64,000 nucleotides of DNA from a virus: the IMG/VR virus record IMGVR_UViG_3300021511_000005, positions 1 through 64,000 of that record; one strand, 5' to 3'. Under the pieces are notes generated by a model that was not told the origin of the DNA, ran no database searches, and was given only the letters and a program-made list of their open reading frames with translations. Numbering within the stretch: position 1 is the stretch's first letter; every line of letters begins with the position of its first letter. The translations under genes were made by a program, and so were the position numbers. Positions 36,351-45,021 of the stretch are shown here, in pieces.

Positions 36351-37295
36351 ATGAGCAACGAACCCCCAATTATCGATGATCCGGAGGACGAGGCGGAGGT
36401 GGACCCCGAGGAGCTGAAGCAGCTCCTGGGACAAGCCCACGACCTGGGACTCCACATCAACAGCCGGGATCCCATCGAGATCGCGGCCCTGGTGGCGCTG
36501 GCCCAGCAGGAACGCGGATCGGAGCATCCGGTTCCCTGCTACGGCCTGAGCTACGACCCGACAGACAGGCGCTGCCGTGTTTGTCAGCTCCGCACCAAGT
36601 GCGCAGAGCTGGACCAGTCGCCGCGGGTGGAGGTATCCGACCTGACCCAACTTCAGGCGGTCCCGTGTGATGTGTGCGGGGGGTCGCTGGAGGTCGAGCT
36701 ACTGGACCGAGAACACCAGGAGGTTCGGGACTACGGATGCACCACCACCGGCTGTGCCAACACGTTGGGTGTCCAGTGTGGGTGGGAGACTCGCGCGGCT
36801 GACGTGGTCCGGGACATTGTGTTGCCCAAGGATGAAGTGGCCGAAGCGGAGCCGGAGGACGATTCCGTCCCCCCCTCGGAGGTCCCCCCTCCGGCTCCGC
36901 CGAAGCCCTCCAAGAAGAAGGCCAAGAAGAAGGCCAAGAAGAAGGCCAAGAAGAAGGCCAAGAAGAAGCCGAAATCCGACGCTACGCCCGCTCCCAAGAA
37001 GAAGGTCCAGGTGAAGGTGAAGCGGAAGCCGACCAAGCCAGCCAAGAAGAAGGCCAGCAAGAAGAAGACGGTCACGGTGAAGCCCAAGGGCAACGGCAAG
37101 CCCACGGGGAAACTGGTCTACATCTATGACGGCGAGCCCTACAACACGTTGACCCCGATCGCTGTGGCCATCAGCGGAAGCCGAAACTGGAGCGGCAAGC
37201 GGTTCTTCCGGGTCAAGGGCGAGCTGGAAGCGGGGACCACCCTGGAGCGCGAGTGGGAAGGCCAGACCTACTCCGTCCGCGTCGAGAAGGAGTAG
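36351..37295 (+). CDS. Multidomain putative DNA-binding protein: Cys clusters + histone H1-like KKKA repeats + RAMA/DUF2924-like C-domain
   Basis: CYG...CRVC...C and CDVC...CTTTGC; (KKKA)4; YDGEPYNTLTPIAVAISGSRNWSGKRFF. Confidence 0.7.
   Translation: MSNEPPIIDDPEDEAEVDPEELKQLLGQAHDLGLHINSRDPIEIAALVALAQQERGSEHPVPCYGLSYDPTDRRCRVCQLRTKCAELDQSPRVEVSDLTQLQAVPCDVCGGSLEVELLDREHQEVRDYGCTTTGCANTLGVQCGWETRAADVVRDIVLPKDEVAEAEPEDDSVPPSEVPPPAPPKPSKKKAKKKAKKKAKKKAKKKPKSDATPAPKKKVQVKVKRKPTKPAKKKASKKKTVTVKPKGNGKPTGKLVYIYDGEPYNTLTPIAVAISGSRNWSGKRFFRVKGELEAGTTLEREWEGQTYSVRVEKE
36912..36968. repeat. 12-bp tandem repeat AAGAAGAAGGCC x4.75
   Basis: Read directly; encodes KKKA repeats. Confidence 0.95.
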
Positions 37296-37298
37296 ATC

Positions 37299-37883
37299 AT
37301 GTACGAGGGCAACAACGGCCGGGTGGCAATCGCGATCCCGAGCTTCAACGACATCGTGTCTCGGATTGCCAAGTTCGAGACCTTCCAGGTGGCGGATCGG
37401 CTCTACAGCGCCGACTTGCTGATCCCCCAGCTCACCATCAGCGGTAAGGACCTGATCGCGGAGGCCGCGAGCTGCGCCGCGCTGATCCTCTACTGGGGCG
37501 TGGAGGCCGCGCGTGCGCGGCGTCACGTCGAGAGTGTGGAGGGCTCTTATCGCGGGTGGCGGGATCGGAAGTGGCTGGATCTGAAGTCCACGCCGATTGA
37601 CGACGGCAAGGGCGGGGTGAAGATCCCGTCTGATGCCGTGTGTGATAAGCAGTATCGCACTCACCCAGAGTATGGCGTCTGGCAGCAGCGGAAGGCCGCT
37701 GCTCAGGAGGCCGCCGAGTGTGCCGAAGCGGTCCACGAGGCGTTCAAGGCCAAGAAGGATCTGGTCAAGGTGATGGAAAATCTGATGCGTGACGAGGCCG
37801 GTGGCCCCTATTGGGTCTCGGAGCAACCGTCCGTTGAAGTCCCACGACAGCCCCAACTAGCAGGAGAACAGGCCAATGAGTAA
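37299..37883 (+). CDS. UvsY-like recombination mediator (putative)
   Basis: All-helical; YWG...A, KIPSDAVC...HPEY...AFKAKKDL pattern; adjacent to ssb and recA. Confidence 0.55.
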   Translation: MYEGNNGRVAIAIPSFNDIVSRIAKFETFQVADRLYSADLLIPQLTISGKDLIAEAASCAALILYWGVEAARARRHVESVEGSYRGWRDRKWLDLKSTPIDDGKGGVKIPSDAVCDKQYRTHPEYGVWQQRKAAAQEAAECAEAVHEAFKAKKDLVKVMENLMRDEAGGPYWVSEQPSVEVPRQPQLAGEQANE

Positions 37884-39441
37884 CGGAGATCCGTCCCAGA
37901 ACTATCCACAGCCGGGCCAGGGGCCGGGGGTCCACGGACATGCCCAAGCCGCACCGGACCCACAGCAAGGCTACCAGCAGCCGCAGGGTCAGCCGCAGGG
38001 TCAGCCGCAGGGTCAGCCGCAGGGTCAGCCGCAGTATCCCCAGGGGCCGCCACCGCAGGGCCAACAGGGGTATCCGCCCCAGCAGCCTCCGCCCCAGCAG
38101 CCCCAGCAGCCTCAGCCGTGGTTCGACCAGAATACGGGGCAGTGGGTTTATCCCCAGCAGCCTCCGCCCCGGCAGCCGCAGGGACCAGGGCCGTCGCAGC
38201 TCAGTCAGGCCGAGCTGGACGCCTTGAACGAGACTAAGCAGGAGCTGGACGATCGGACCAAGGACTTCGGGGACGTGGATTACTACAAGCCGAAGCAGCC
38301 CCAGTCCGTGGGTGACACGGTGGATAGCCTGGTCCGTCTGCTGCCGGCTTGGCCGGGCAAGGAGCAGACGGCTCAACCCGCCGGAATGTTCTGGAAGGAA
38401 TATGTTCACTTCATCTGGGTCCCGAGTCAGGAGGATCCGGGGAAGAATACCCGGATGGCCGTTCTCTGTGAGCGGGAGATGACGCCGGCGGGCTACGCGC
38501 CGGCGCCGTGTCCGGTCTGCGATCGGCGCGACTTGGCGGAGAAGGAAGGCGACCAGAAGATGGCTACGGCCCTGTCGGCGCGGCCGCGGTTCCTCTTTAA
38601 CGTGATCGACATGGAGGACAACAACCGTCACTGGAAGCAGGACAAGGCCACAGGGGCCTACACTTGCACCGCGGCGGTCGGCACCTTCGGGCCCGGGCTG
38701 ATGAAGAAGTTGATCAACATTTTCCATCAGCGTCAGAACATCGCGGACATGCGGTACGGTAAGAGCTTGGCCATCAGCACTAGCAAGGTGGGCAAGCAGC
38801 GACGGGATGTCCGTTACGACGCCTTGGACCACGGCGATCCGGGTCCCGTGCCTCAGGGGATGGAGAACATTATTCTGGTGGACCTGTCGCAGGTCACTCC
38901 CAAGAAGGACTACAACGAGGTGGCCGTGGCGATGAGGGTCACCTATCCGCCGCGGGACCAAGCTCCGCCGCCCCAGGGTTATCAGCAGCCTCAGGGTCCA
39001 CCGCCGCAGCAGGGCTATCAGCAGCCTCCGCCCCAACAGGGGCCACCGCCACAGCAAGGTTACCAGCAGCAGGGGCCGCCGCCGCAGCAGAGGCCACAGC
39101 CGCCCTACGGGAACCCCTATCCTCAGCAGGGCGGGCCGCCGCCGCAGCAAGGAGGCTATCAGCCTCCACAGCAGGGCCAGCAGCCTCAGCAGGCCGGCCC
39201 GCCGCCCCAGCAGCCTCAGCAGGCCGGCCCGCCGCCCCAGCAGGGATATCAGCCGCCTCAGCAGGCCGGCCCGCCACAGGGCCAGCCAGGGCCCCAGGGG
39301 GGCCCCCCGCCTCAGCAGGGCTATCAGCCCCCAGGAGGCTACGCCCAGCCGGCGGGGCCTCCTCAGCAGCAACAGCCACAGCAGGGGCAGCAGTCGGTCC
39401 CCTACGGTGAGCAGGGGCAGGATCCGGATGTCCCTTTCTAG
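37876..39441 (+). CDS. Single-stranded DNA-binding protein (gp32-like core) with long Gln/Pro/Gly-rich arms
   Basis: VRLLP...FWKEYVH...C...CPVC...RFLFNVID core; acidic C-terminal tip DPDVPF. Confidence 0.82.
   Translation: MSNGDPSQNYPQPGQGPGVHGHAQAAPDPQQGYQQPQGQPQGQPQGQPQGQPQYPQGPPPQGQQGYPPQQPPPQQPQQPQPWFDQNTGQWVYPQQPPPRQPQGPGPSQLSQAELDALNETKQELDDRTKDFGDVDYYKPKQPQSVGDTVDSLVRLLPAWPGKEQTAQPAGMFWKEYVHFIWVPSQEDPGKNTRMAVLCEREMTPAGYAPAPCPVCDRRDLAEKEGDQKMATALSARPRFLFNVIDMEDNNRHWKQDKATGAYTCTAAVGTFGPGLMKKLINIFHQRQNIADMRYGKSLAISTSKVGKQRRDVRYDALDHGDPGPVPQGMENIILVDLSQVTPKKDYNEVAVAMRVTYPPRDQAPPPQGYQQPQGPPPQQGYQQPPPQQGPPPQQGYQQQGPPPQQRPQPPYGNPYPQQGGPPPQQGGYQPPQQGQQPQQAGPPPQQPQQAGPPPQQGYQPPQQAGPPQGQPGPQGGPPPQQGYQPPGGYAQPAGPPQQQQPQQGQQSVPYGEQGQDPDVPF
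37978..38034. repeat. 12-bp tandem repeat CAGCCGCAGGGT x4.75
   Basis: Read directly; encodes QPQG. Confidence 0.95.
39178..39243. repeat. 30-bp tandem repeat x2.2 (QQPQQAGPPP)
   Basis: Identical units at 39178-39207 and 39208-39237. Confidence 0.9.
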
Positions 39442-39445
39442 GGGA

Positions 39446-39565
39446 GGGGTCTCCACGGCCACCCGTTGGCTCTGACGGGTGGCCGATTTGCCGCGGCCAC
39501 CATAACGACACGGATCGAACCTGCGGTCTGTGTGCCAGGTCGGAGGCGTGCAAGGTGGAGACCCC
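39446..39565 (+). ncRNA. Candidate structured RNA (multi-stem, unknown family)
   Basis: 11-bp closing stem enclosing two 10-bp hairpins, one with G-U pairs; intergenic between ssb and recA. Confidence 0.5.
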
Positions 39566-39648
39566 GCCGGATGCGGGTCCGCCGCCCGTCCCCACAGAAC
39601 ACCCAGCCCAGGACCCCGAGGCCCTGGAACGCATGATGCGAGGTACCG

Positions 39649-40788
39649 ATGGCTAAGTCAGCCACCGCCCAGAAGAAGGCCACTAAGAAGACCACCAAGA
39701 AGGCCACCCCCAAGCGCAAGGGTGCGGGCAAGGTCAGTCCCAAGAAGCGGGCCACCCAGCTCCAGGTGATGGTGGAGGCCCGCGAGTTCCTGCAGCAGAA
39801 GCACGGCAAGGGTGCGGTTCGGATGATGAACGAGGTGGACAGTACCATCCCGGGCTATATCTCCACGCAGTCCTTGGCGTTGGACAAGCTCGTAGGCAAT
39901 GACGGGGTCCCGCAGAGTCGGATGATCGAGATCTACGGGCCGGAGGGGATCGGGAAGTCCACCATCAGCGATCATCTGATTGCCCAGGTCCAGAAGCTCG
40001 ACGGTGTGGCCTATCTGTGGGATACGGAGAACGCGCGGGACCACCGTTACATGGACCAGGTGGGCATCGTCCGCGGCCGCGCTATCCGCGTTGAGGCGGA
40101 CACGGTGGAGGCGGGTTACGCTATCGCTCAGGACACCATCGACTGGCATCTGGCCCATTACCCAGACCGGCTGGGGATCTGGGTCTGGGACACAGTGGCG
40201 GGAACGCCCACTGAAGCGGAGTTGGACCCCAGCAAGTCCAATGAACGCTTCGGGCCGGCGAAGATGATCCGCGGCATGTGCCGTGTGTTGACTCAGAGCC
40301 TCAAGAAGTCCCGCTGGATCTTCGTGGTGGTCAACCAGACCTATATCACGCAGAAGGGGCACTTCCCGGTAGTCAAGACCTACGGCGGTGAGGGGATCCC
40401 CTACTACAGCTCTGTTCGGCTTGAGTGCGGCTACCGGAGTCCGCAGTGGCGGACGACAACGTCCAAGGAGGCCGGCGAGGATCCGATTGGGCAGACCATC
40501 ATAGTCAAGTCGTCTAAGAACAAGACCTTTCCACCGTTGCGGTCAGAGAAGATCTACATCCGCTACGGCGAGGGCATCGATAACGTGTGGACGTTGTATG
40601 ACACGCTGTGTGGTGCCGGGATGATCACTCAGGCTGGGGGCTGGTACGAGCTGGACTGGCCGGAGGTGGCGGGCAAATACCCCAAGTGGCAGAGCGGCTA
40701 CGACGGGTTGAAGCAGCTCTGCTCGGAGAACGTGGATCTGTGGAGAGACGTGATTCTGGGCTATCAGGCGCTGGAGAAGAGGCGATGA
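39649..40788 (+). CDS. recA: RecA/UvsX-family recombinase
   Basis: ISTQSLALD, IEIYGPEGIGKST Walker A, WDTE, VWDTVA Walker B, VNQ, GGEGIPYYSSVRL, KNK..PP, AGGWY motifs. Confidence 0.95.
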   Translation: MAKSATAQKKATKKTTKKATPKRKGAGKVSPKKRATQLQVMVEAREFLQQKHGKGAVRMMNEVDSTIPGYISTQSLALDKLVGNDGVPQSRMIEIYGPEGIGKSTISDHLIAQVQKLDGVAYLWDTENARDHRYMDQVGIVRGRAIRVEADTVEAGYAIAQDTIDWHLAHYPDRLGIWVWDTVAGTPTEAELDPSKSNERFGPAKMIRGMCRVLTQSLKKSRWIFVVVNQTYITQKGHFPVVKTYGGEGIPYYSSVRLECGYRSPQWRTTTSKEAGEDPIGQTIIVKSSKNKTFPPLRSEKIYIRYGEGIDNVWTLYDTLCGAGMITQAGGWYELDWPEVAGKYPKWQSGYDGLKQLCSENVDLWRDVILGYQALEKRR

Positions 40789-41420
40789 GCAACGGACAAC
40801 CGGCGGAGGCCTACCCCCTATATTGGCCGGAGAGCTGGACGAGGACCGCTCCGCATAAGCGTCAGCGAGCCGCCTACAAGGTTAGCCCGGGCCGGGCCAT
40901 GGACGACCTTCAGGCGGAGCTGCGGCGTTTCAACGCACTCTACGTGGTCATCAGCTCCAACATCCCGTTGCGGCTCGATGGGTTGCCCAGGGCCAACAGC
41001 ATGGACCGGCTCTACGATGATCCAGGCGTGGCGGTCTACTTCAGCCGCTACGATGAGACCAGCCGCGAGCACATCCCCCACGTCATGGCCTGTGACCGCT
41101 GGGACCTGGTCCACCACAATATGCGCGCGGTGGGCCAGACCATCGAGGCCATGCGGACCATCGAGCGGACGGGAGCGCTTGAGCTACTCAATCGGGCCTT
41201 CGAGGGCTTCAAGGCTCTGCCGCCGGCGGAGAAGCCGAAGCGGCCCTGGTGGGAGGTCTTCGGTCTGCAGAAGGAAGGGACGAGCCTCCTGGTGGTGGAG
41301 GCTGTCTACAAGGCCCGGGCCCAGGAAACCCATCCCGACAAGGGAGGCGATGAGGATGCCTTCAAGGAGCTGGGTCAGGCCCTGGAGGACGCTAAGGTGG
41401 ATCTCGAGGAGGCCCGGTAG
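40785..41420 (+). CDS. J-domain-containing protein
   Basis: C-terminal WWEVFGL...YKARAQETHPDKGGDEDAFKEL with HPD; N-terminal YPLYWP..W.RT domain. Confidence 0.85.
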   Translation: MSNGQPAEAYPLYWPESWTRTAPHKRQRAAYKVSPGRAMDDLQAELRRFNALYVVISSNIPLRLDGLPRANSMDRLYDDPGVAVYFSRYDETSREHIPHVMACDRWDLVHHNMRAVGQTIEAMRTIERTGALELLNRAFEGFKALPPAEKPKRPWWEVFGLQKEGTSLLVVEAVYKARAQETHPDKGGDEDAFKELGQALEDAKVDLEEAR

Positions 41421-41734
41421 TGACAGATCGCCCCGATATCGTCAGAGAGCTAGTAGGCCCGCACCAGTCGTTGAACCTGATCCAGTCCGCGGTGGACGAT
41501 CTGAAGACCACGCTGGAGGCGTGTCCGAGCCAGGAGGACCCGTTGACCAGCCCCGTCTACAGAACCTGGGACCGTCGCGTCTGCATGAAGTTGGGTGCGG
41601 CTTTCGGCCATATACGCCATGCCCAGGCCTGCGGGCACATCACACCGGACGTCTACCACAAGATTTATCTTGAGCTGCTGGGCATCACGACGCGCCAGGC
41701 CGCGGCCGTGGAGATGGGGCTCCAGAAGCCATGA
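41420..41734 (+). CDS. Hypothetical protein
   Basis: GGAGG RBS; overlaps the genes on both sides. Confidence 0.65.
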   Translation: MTDRPDIVRELVGPHQSLNLIQSAVDDLKTTLEACPSQEDPLTSPVYRTWDRRVCMKLGAAFGHIRHAQACGHITPDVYHKIYLELLGITTRQAAAVEMGLQKP

Positions 41735-41874
41735 AGTGGTTGGCAAGGATAGCTCCCCTATTCATCGGGGCTGGGGCGGTCTTACTCTGGAGCGCCAACG
41801 GCCGGTGGTGGCTTTTGTTGCCGGGCGTGGTTTTGTTCGCGGCCGGGTTGGCCGTTAGTCAGGCGCGTCCATGA
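41731..41874 (+). CDS. 47-aa two-TM membrane protein
   Basis: MKWLARIAPLFIGAGAVLLWSANGRWWLLLPGVVLFAAGLAVSQARP; ATGA overlaps at both ends; below the ORF-track cutoff. Confidence 0.6.
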   Translation: MKWLARIAPLFIGAGAVLLWSANGRWWLLLPGVVLFAAGLAVSQARP

Positions 41875-42182
41875 GTCGTGGTTGGTCTGTCAACCTGTCC
41901 CTGGTGGGTCAGTCCCAGGAGATCGACTTGCCCGCTCCCCCGTTGTTCCAGACGAGCGTGGGGCCAGTGGTGGAGCTGGTCTTCTGGAGCCTGTTGGTGG
42001 AGCGCTGGATGCACGCGGTCAGTGAGCATTTCGAACGCGAGCTGCCATTGGGTCACGTTCAGGTGACCTACGGCGATTTGACCTGGATTCGCCGGGTGGC
42101 GGCTCGATCGGGTATCGAGGGTTTGCGGGAGTGCGTTTCCGATTTGGAGGAGTTCCAGCTCCCGAGCAAGGGGGAGGGATGA
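41871..42182 (+). CDS. Hypothetical protein
   Basis: ATGA-coupled at both ends. Confidence 0.55.
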   Translation: MSRGWSVNLSLVGQSQEIDLPAPPLFQTSVGPVVELVFWSLLVERWMHAVSEHFERELPLGHVQVTYGDLTWIRRVAARSGIEGLRECVSDLEEFQLPSKGEG

Positions 42183-42433
42183 GGCCTCCTGTACAAGTTG
42201 ATGTCCGATACGACGGAGATCCCCATAACGATGAAACTATCTTGAGCACGATGATGTGGGAGGCACCGCGGGCGGGGGAGCATCTGTGGTTGATCCAAGG
42301 AGAGGGCTCTGATCCCTGGCCGCCATTCGGTCATACGTCGTGGACGGTGACGTCTGTGGCCCATTGGATCTCGGAGGGCGGATATCACCACGTTTGCGTG
42401 TACGCCAAGCCGACGGAAGGCGCCGATGGCTAA
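42179..42433 (+). CDS. Hypothetical protein
   Basis: G-rich RBS, ATGA overlap; runs into the polymerase start. Confidence 0.55.
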   Translation: MRPPVQVDVRYDGDPHNDETILSTMMWEAPRAGEHLWLIQGEGSDPWPPFGHTSWTVTSVAHWISEGGYHHVCVYAKPTEGADG

Positions 42434-44489
42434 GCGCAGACCCAAGCCCGGAGCCATGGGCCACATATTCGACCAGGACGTGGACTGGGAGGTGGTCCAG
42501 GACGGCGATCGGCTGGAGAAGGCGCTCCGCGAATTGGAGGATCAGAAGTTTATCGGTTGGGACACGGAGGGCACAGGCCTATCAACTTTCAGGGGGGCGC
42601 GGATCATTGGTCATAGCTTCGCTTGGAGGCAGTCTAACCAGCGGATGAAGGCGATCTATATTCCGATTCGGCATGAGTCGGAGCGAATTGGGCTGTCTCT
42701 CTTCAATGACGAGACCAATATGGACGCGGCTGCGGTTACTGAGGCGTTGAAGCCCGTCTTGGAGGACCAAAGCACCATGAAGGCGGCCCATCACGCCCGG
42801 CATGACATCCACATGGCCCATGCCGATGGTATCAAGCCGGCCGGACGATTCACGGACACGGTTATCGCGTGCAAACTGATAGATGAGACCTGGCATAACC
42901 ACCAGCTCGAGACGTGCCTCAGTAAGGCGAAGTTGCCTCACGATCCCGACTGGAAGAGCACGATGACCGGCGAAGTTGAGCGAGTGGCCAAGCTGATGAA
43001 GCAGGGGCCCAAGGCGCACAAGGAGGAGCACGGTTACAAGTTCGGCTCGATTGGCGTGGTGGGGCGCTACGCTTGTCAGGACGCGGCCTACGAGCTGCGG
43101 TTGGCTGAATGGGCACTGCCTCAAGTAGAGAGCAAGTGGCCGGACATCTGGCGGATGGAGTCGGAGCTGCTGTGGGTCGTGCTGGATATGGAGCGCAAGG
43201 GGGTCCCCATTGATCCAGACAAGCTCCGCCGATTGTCGGAGGTGGCCTTCAAGGAACAGGCGCATCTGGCCCCGCAGGTCTGGGGCGCGGCAGGCTTCGA
43301 GTTCGACCTGGGCAACGATAACGCTGTCCGTGAAGCCCTATTCGAGCGGCTGGGCTTTCCGGTTCTGGGGACGACCAAGCACAAGACCCCCCAGGTGGAT
43401 GACGATACGCTGTGGAAGCTCGAGCTGGGGATCCGCGTCGAGGACAAGGACAAGGAGCGGGTTCGGAAGCTGGTCAAGCCCTTGCGGGAGTGGCGCGACT
43501 TCCAGAAGATCAAGACCACCTACACCTTGGGCTTGATCGAGCTGGCCGACGCCAACAGCATCCTTCATGCTGAGCTGGACCAGGGCGGTGCCAAGACTGG
43601 CCGTCTGTCCTGCCGCAACCCCAACCTTCAGAACATCCCGGTCCGGACCAAGCTGGGTCGCCGCGTCCGCGAGGCTTTCCACGCGCGGGAGGGGATGGTC
43701 CGCTACTGCCTGGACTATTCCCAGGTGGAGCTGCGGGTCTTGGCCCACTTGACCAAGGATCCGCTGTTGCTCAAGGTGTACCGCGAGGGGCTGGACGCCC
43801 ACGCCACCACGGCTATCGAGGCCTTCGGCACGTCGGGCAAGGTCGGAGGCGTGGACATGCGGAAGATCGCCAAGATTCTTAACTTCGGGACCAGCTTCTG
43901 CATGACCGAGGTGGGGCTGATGGGCAACGTCAACAAGGACCTACCCGAGGGCGTCCCGTGGATCACCGAGAACAAGGCCAAGGACTTCCAGGCACGGTTC
44001 TACGCCAAGTACAGCTCCATCATCGGATTCCGTGAGTACCTGTGGCGCTGTGTCGAAGCGCACCCCCAGCATTACTTCGAGAATCTGTACAAGCGGCCGC
44101 GGCGGATGGGGCGGGGCTTTGACTTCGGTGCGCCGAAGTGGGTCCGTCGGATGGTGGAGCGACAGACGATTGCGTCCATGGTCCAGGGCTCCGCGGCGGA
44201 CATGATCAAGTTTTCGATGGTCGAGACGTGGAAGTATCTCAAGTCCCAGCAGGACTGTGAGGCGGACATGGTCCTGATGGTTCACGACGATCTGCAATTC
44301 GATATGATGCCCCGCGGCTCTGCCAAGGTGATCCGGGAGATCAAGGCCATCATGGAGGACACGGGTGTCCGCGAGCTGAAGCGGATCAGCGGAAAGGACT
44401 TCGCGGTCCCGGTGGTGGTGGACGTCGAATACTTCGCGAGTCCGGACGGCAACTGGGCCCACAAGCACAAAATGGAACTTGGAGGATAA
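42426..44489 (+). CDS. polA: Family A DNA polymerase (3'-5' exonuclease + polymerase, no 5'-3' exonuclease)
   Basis: DTEGTG ExoI, YACQDA ExoIII, TGRLSCRNPNLQNIP, DYSQVELRVLAH motif A, RKIAKILNFG motif B, VQGSAAD, VHDD motif C. Confidence 0.95.
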   Translation: MAKRRPKPGAMGHIFDQDVDWEVVQDGDRLEKALRELEDQKFIGWDTEGTGLSTFRGARIIGHSFAWRQSNQRMKAIYIPIRHESERIGLSLFNDETNMDAAAVTEALKPVLEDQSTMKAAHHARHDIHMAHADGIKPAGRFTDTVIACKLIDETWHNHQLETCLSKAKLPHDPDWKSTMTGEVERVAKLMKQGPKAHKEEHGYKFGSIGVVGRYACQDAAYELRLAEWALPQVESKWPDIWRMESELLWVVLDMERKGVPIDPDKLRRLSEVAFKEQAHLAPQVWGAAGFEFDLGNDNAVREALFERLGFPVLGTTKHKTPQVDDDTLWKLELGIRVEDKDKERVRKLVKPLREWRDFQKIKTTYTLGLIELADANSILHAELDQGGAKTGRLSCRNPNLQNIPVRTKLGRRVREAFHAREGMVRYCLDYSQVELRVLAHLTKDPLLLKVYREGLDAHATTAIEAFGTSGKVGGVDMRKIAKILNFGTSFCMTEVGLMGNVNKDLPEGVPWITENKAKDFQARFYAKYSSIIGFREYLWRCVEAHPQHYFENLYKRPRRMGRGFDFGAPKWVRRMVERQTIASMVQGSAADMIKFSMVETWKYLKSQQDCEADMVLMVHDDLQFDMMPRGSAKVIREIKAIMEDTGVRELKRISGKDFAVPVVVDVEYFASPDGNWAHKHKMELGG

Positions 44490-44490
44490 G

Positions 44491-45021
44491 ATGGGTGGAC
44501 GTAACTGGAAACCTGAGCACATCGCGGCTGTGTTGAAGCTCCGGCACTTGTTGGGGAGTCATTGCAATGAGGCCATTATCAAGGTGTTGCGTTGGCAGGA
44601 TCGTGAAATCTTCGGCTATCGGGGGCGAGCGCCTCGGACGGCTGGGGCGATCGATAGTCTGGTCTCGCTGATCAAGAAAGGCGAGCGCCATGCTGCGGTC
44701 TTGAAGCGGCTGGGCGTGGAGCCGGGGACTTTCCGGGGTGTGATGACGATGAACACCCGGGGGCTGGCGGGTTGGCCTGCGACGGAGAAGAAGATCCGAC
44801 GCGAGATAAACAAGTTCAACAAGGAGAGGGGGCGCAAGACTGATCAGATGCCCTTGCCCCAGCTCCGGGCCAAACGGGCGCCGCCTAAGCAGCCGCCGGG
44901 TTTGGGACGGACTCCGGAGCAGGAGGCCCAAGTGGCGTTGGATGATCTGATCAAGGCGCAGGAGCAAGTATCCGCGGCTCGTAAGCGGCTAGATCGGGCT
45001 TACCGGGAGATGAGTGGGTGA
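44491..45021 (+). CDS. Basic hypothetical protein
   Basis: GGAGG RBS; GTGA overlap with the next gene. Confidence 0.65.
   Translation: MGGRNWKPEHIAAVLKLRHLLGSHCNEAIIKVLRWQDREIFGYRGRAPRTAGAIDSLVSLIKKGERHAAVLKRLGVEPGTFRGVMTMNTRGLAGWPATEKKIRREINKFNKERGRKTDQMPLPQLRAKRAPPKQPPGLGRTPEQEAQVALDDLIKAQEQVSAARKRLDRAYREMSG

Noticed and set aside
39530-39769. 79-aa ORF overlapping the structured spacer and the recA start
   Set aside because: No RBS and low-complexity translation; the spacer is better explained by base pairing
42426-44489. Polymerase as DpoZ of a 2-aminoadenine (Z) genome
   Set aside because: No purZ, datZ or mazZ-like gene in the window, and no diagnostic residues I can verify
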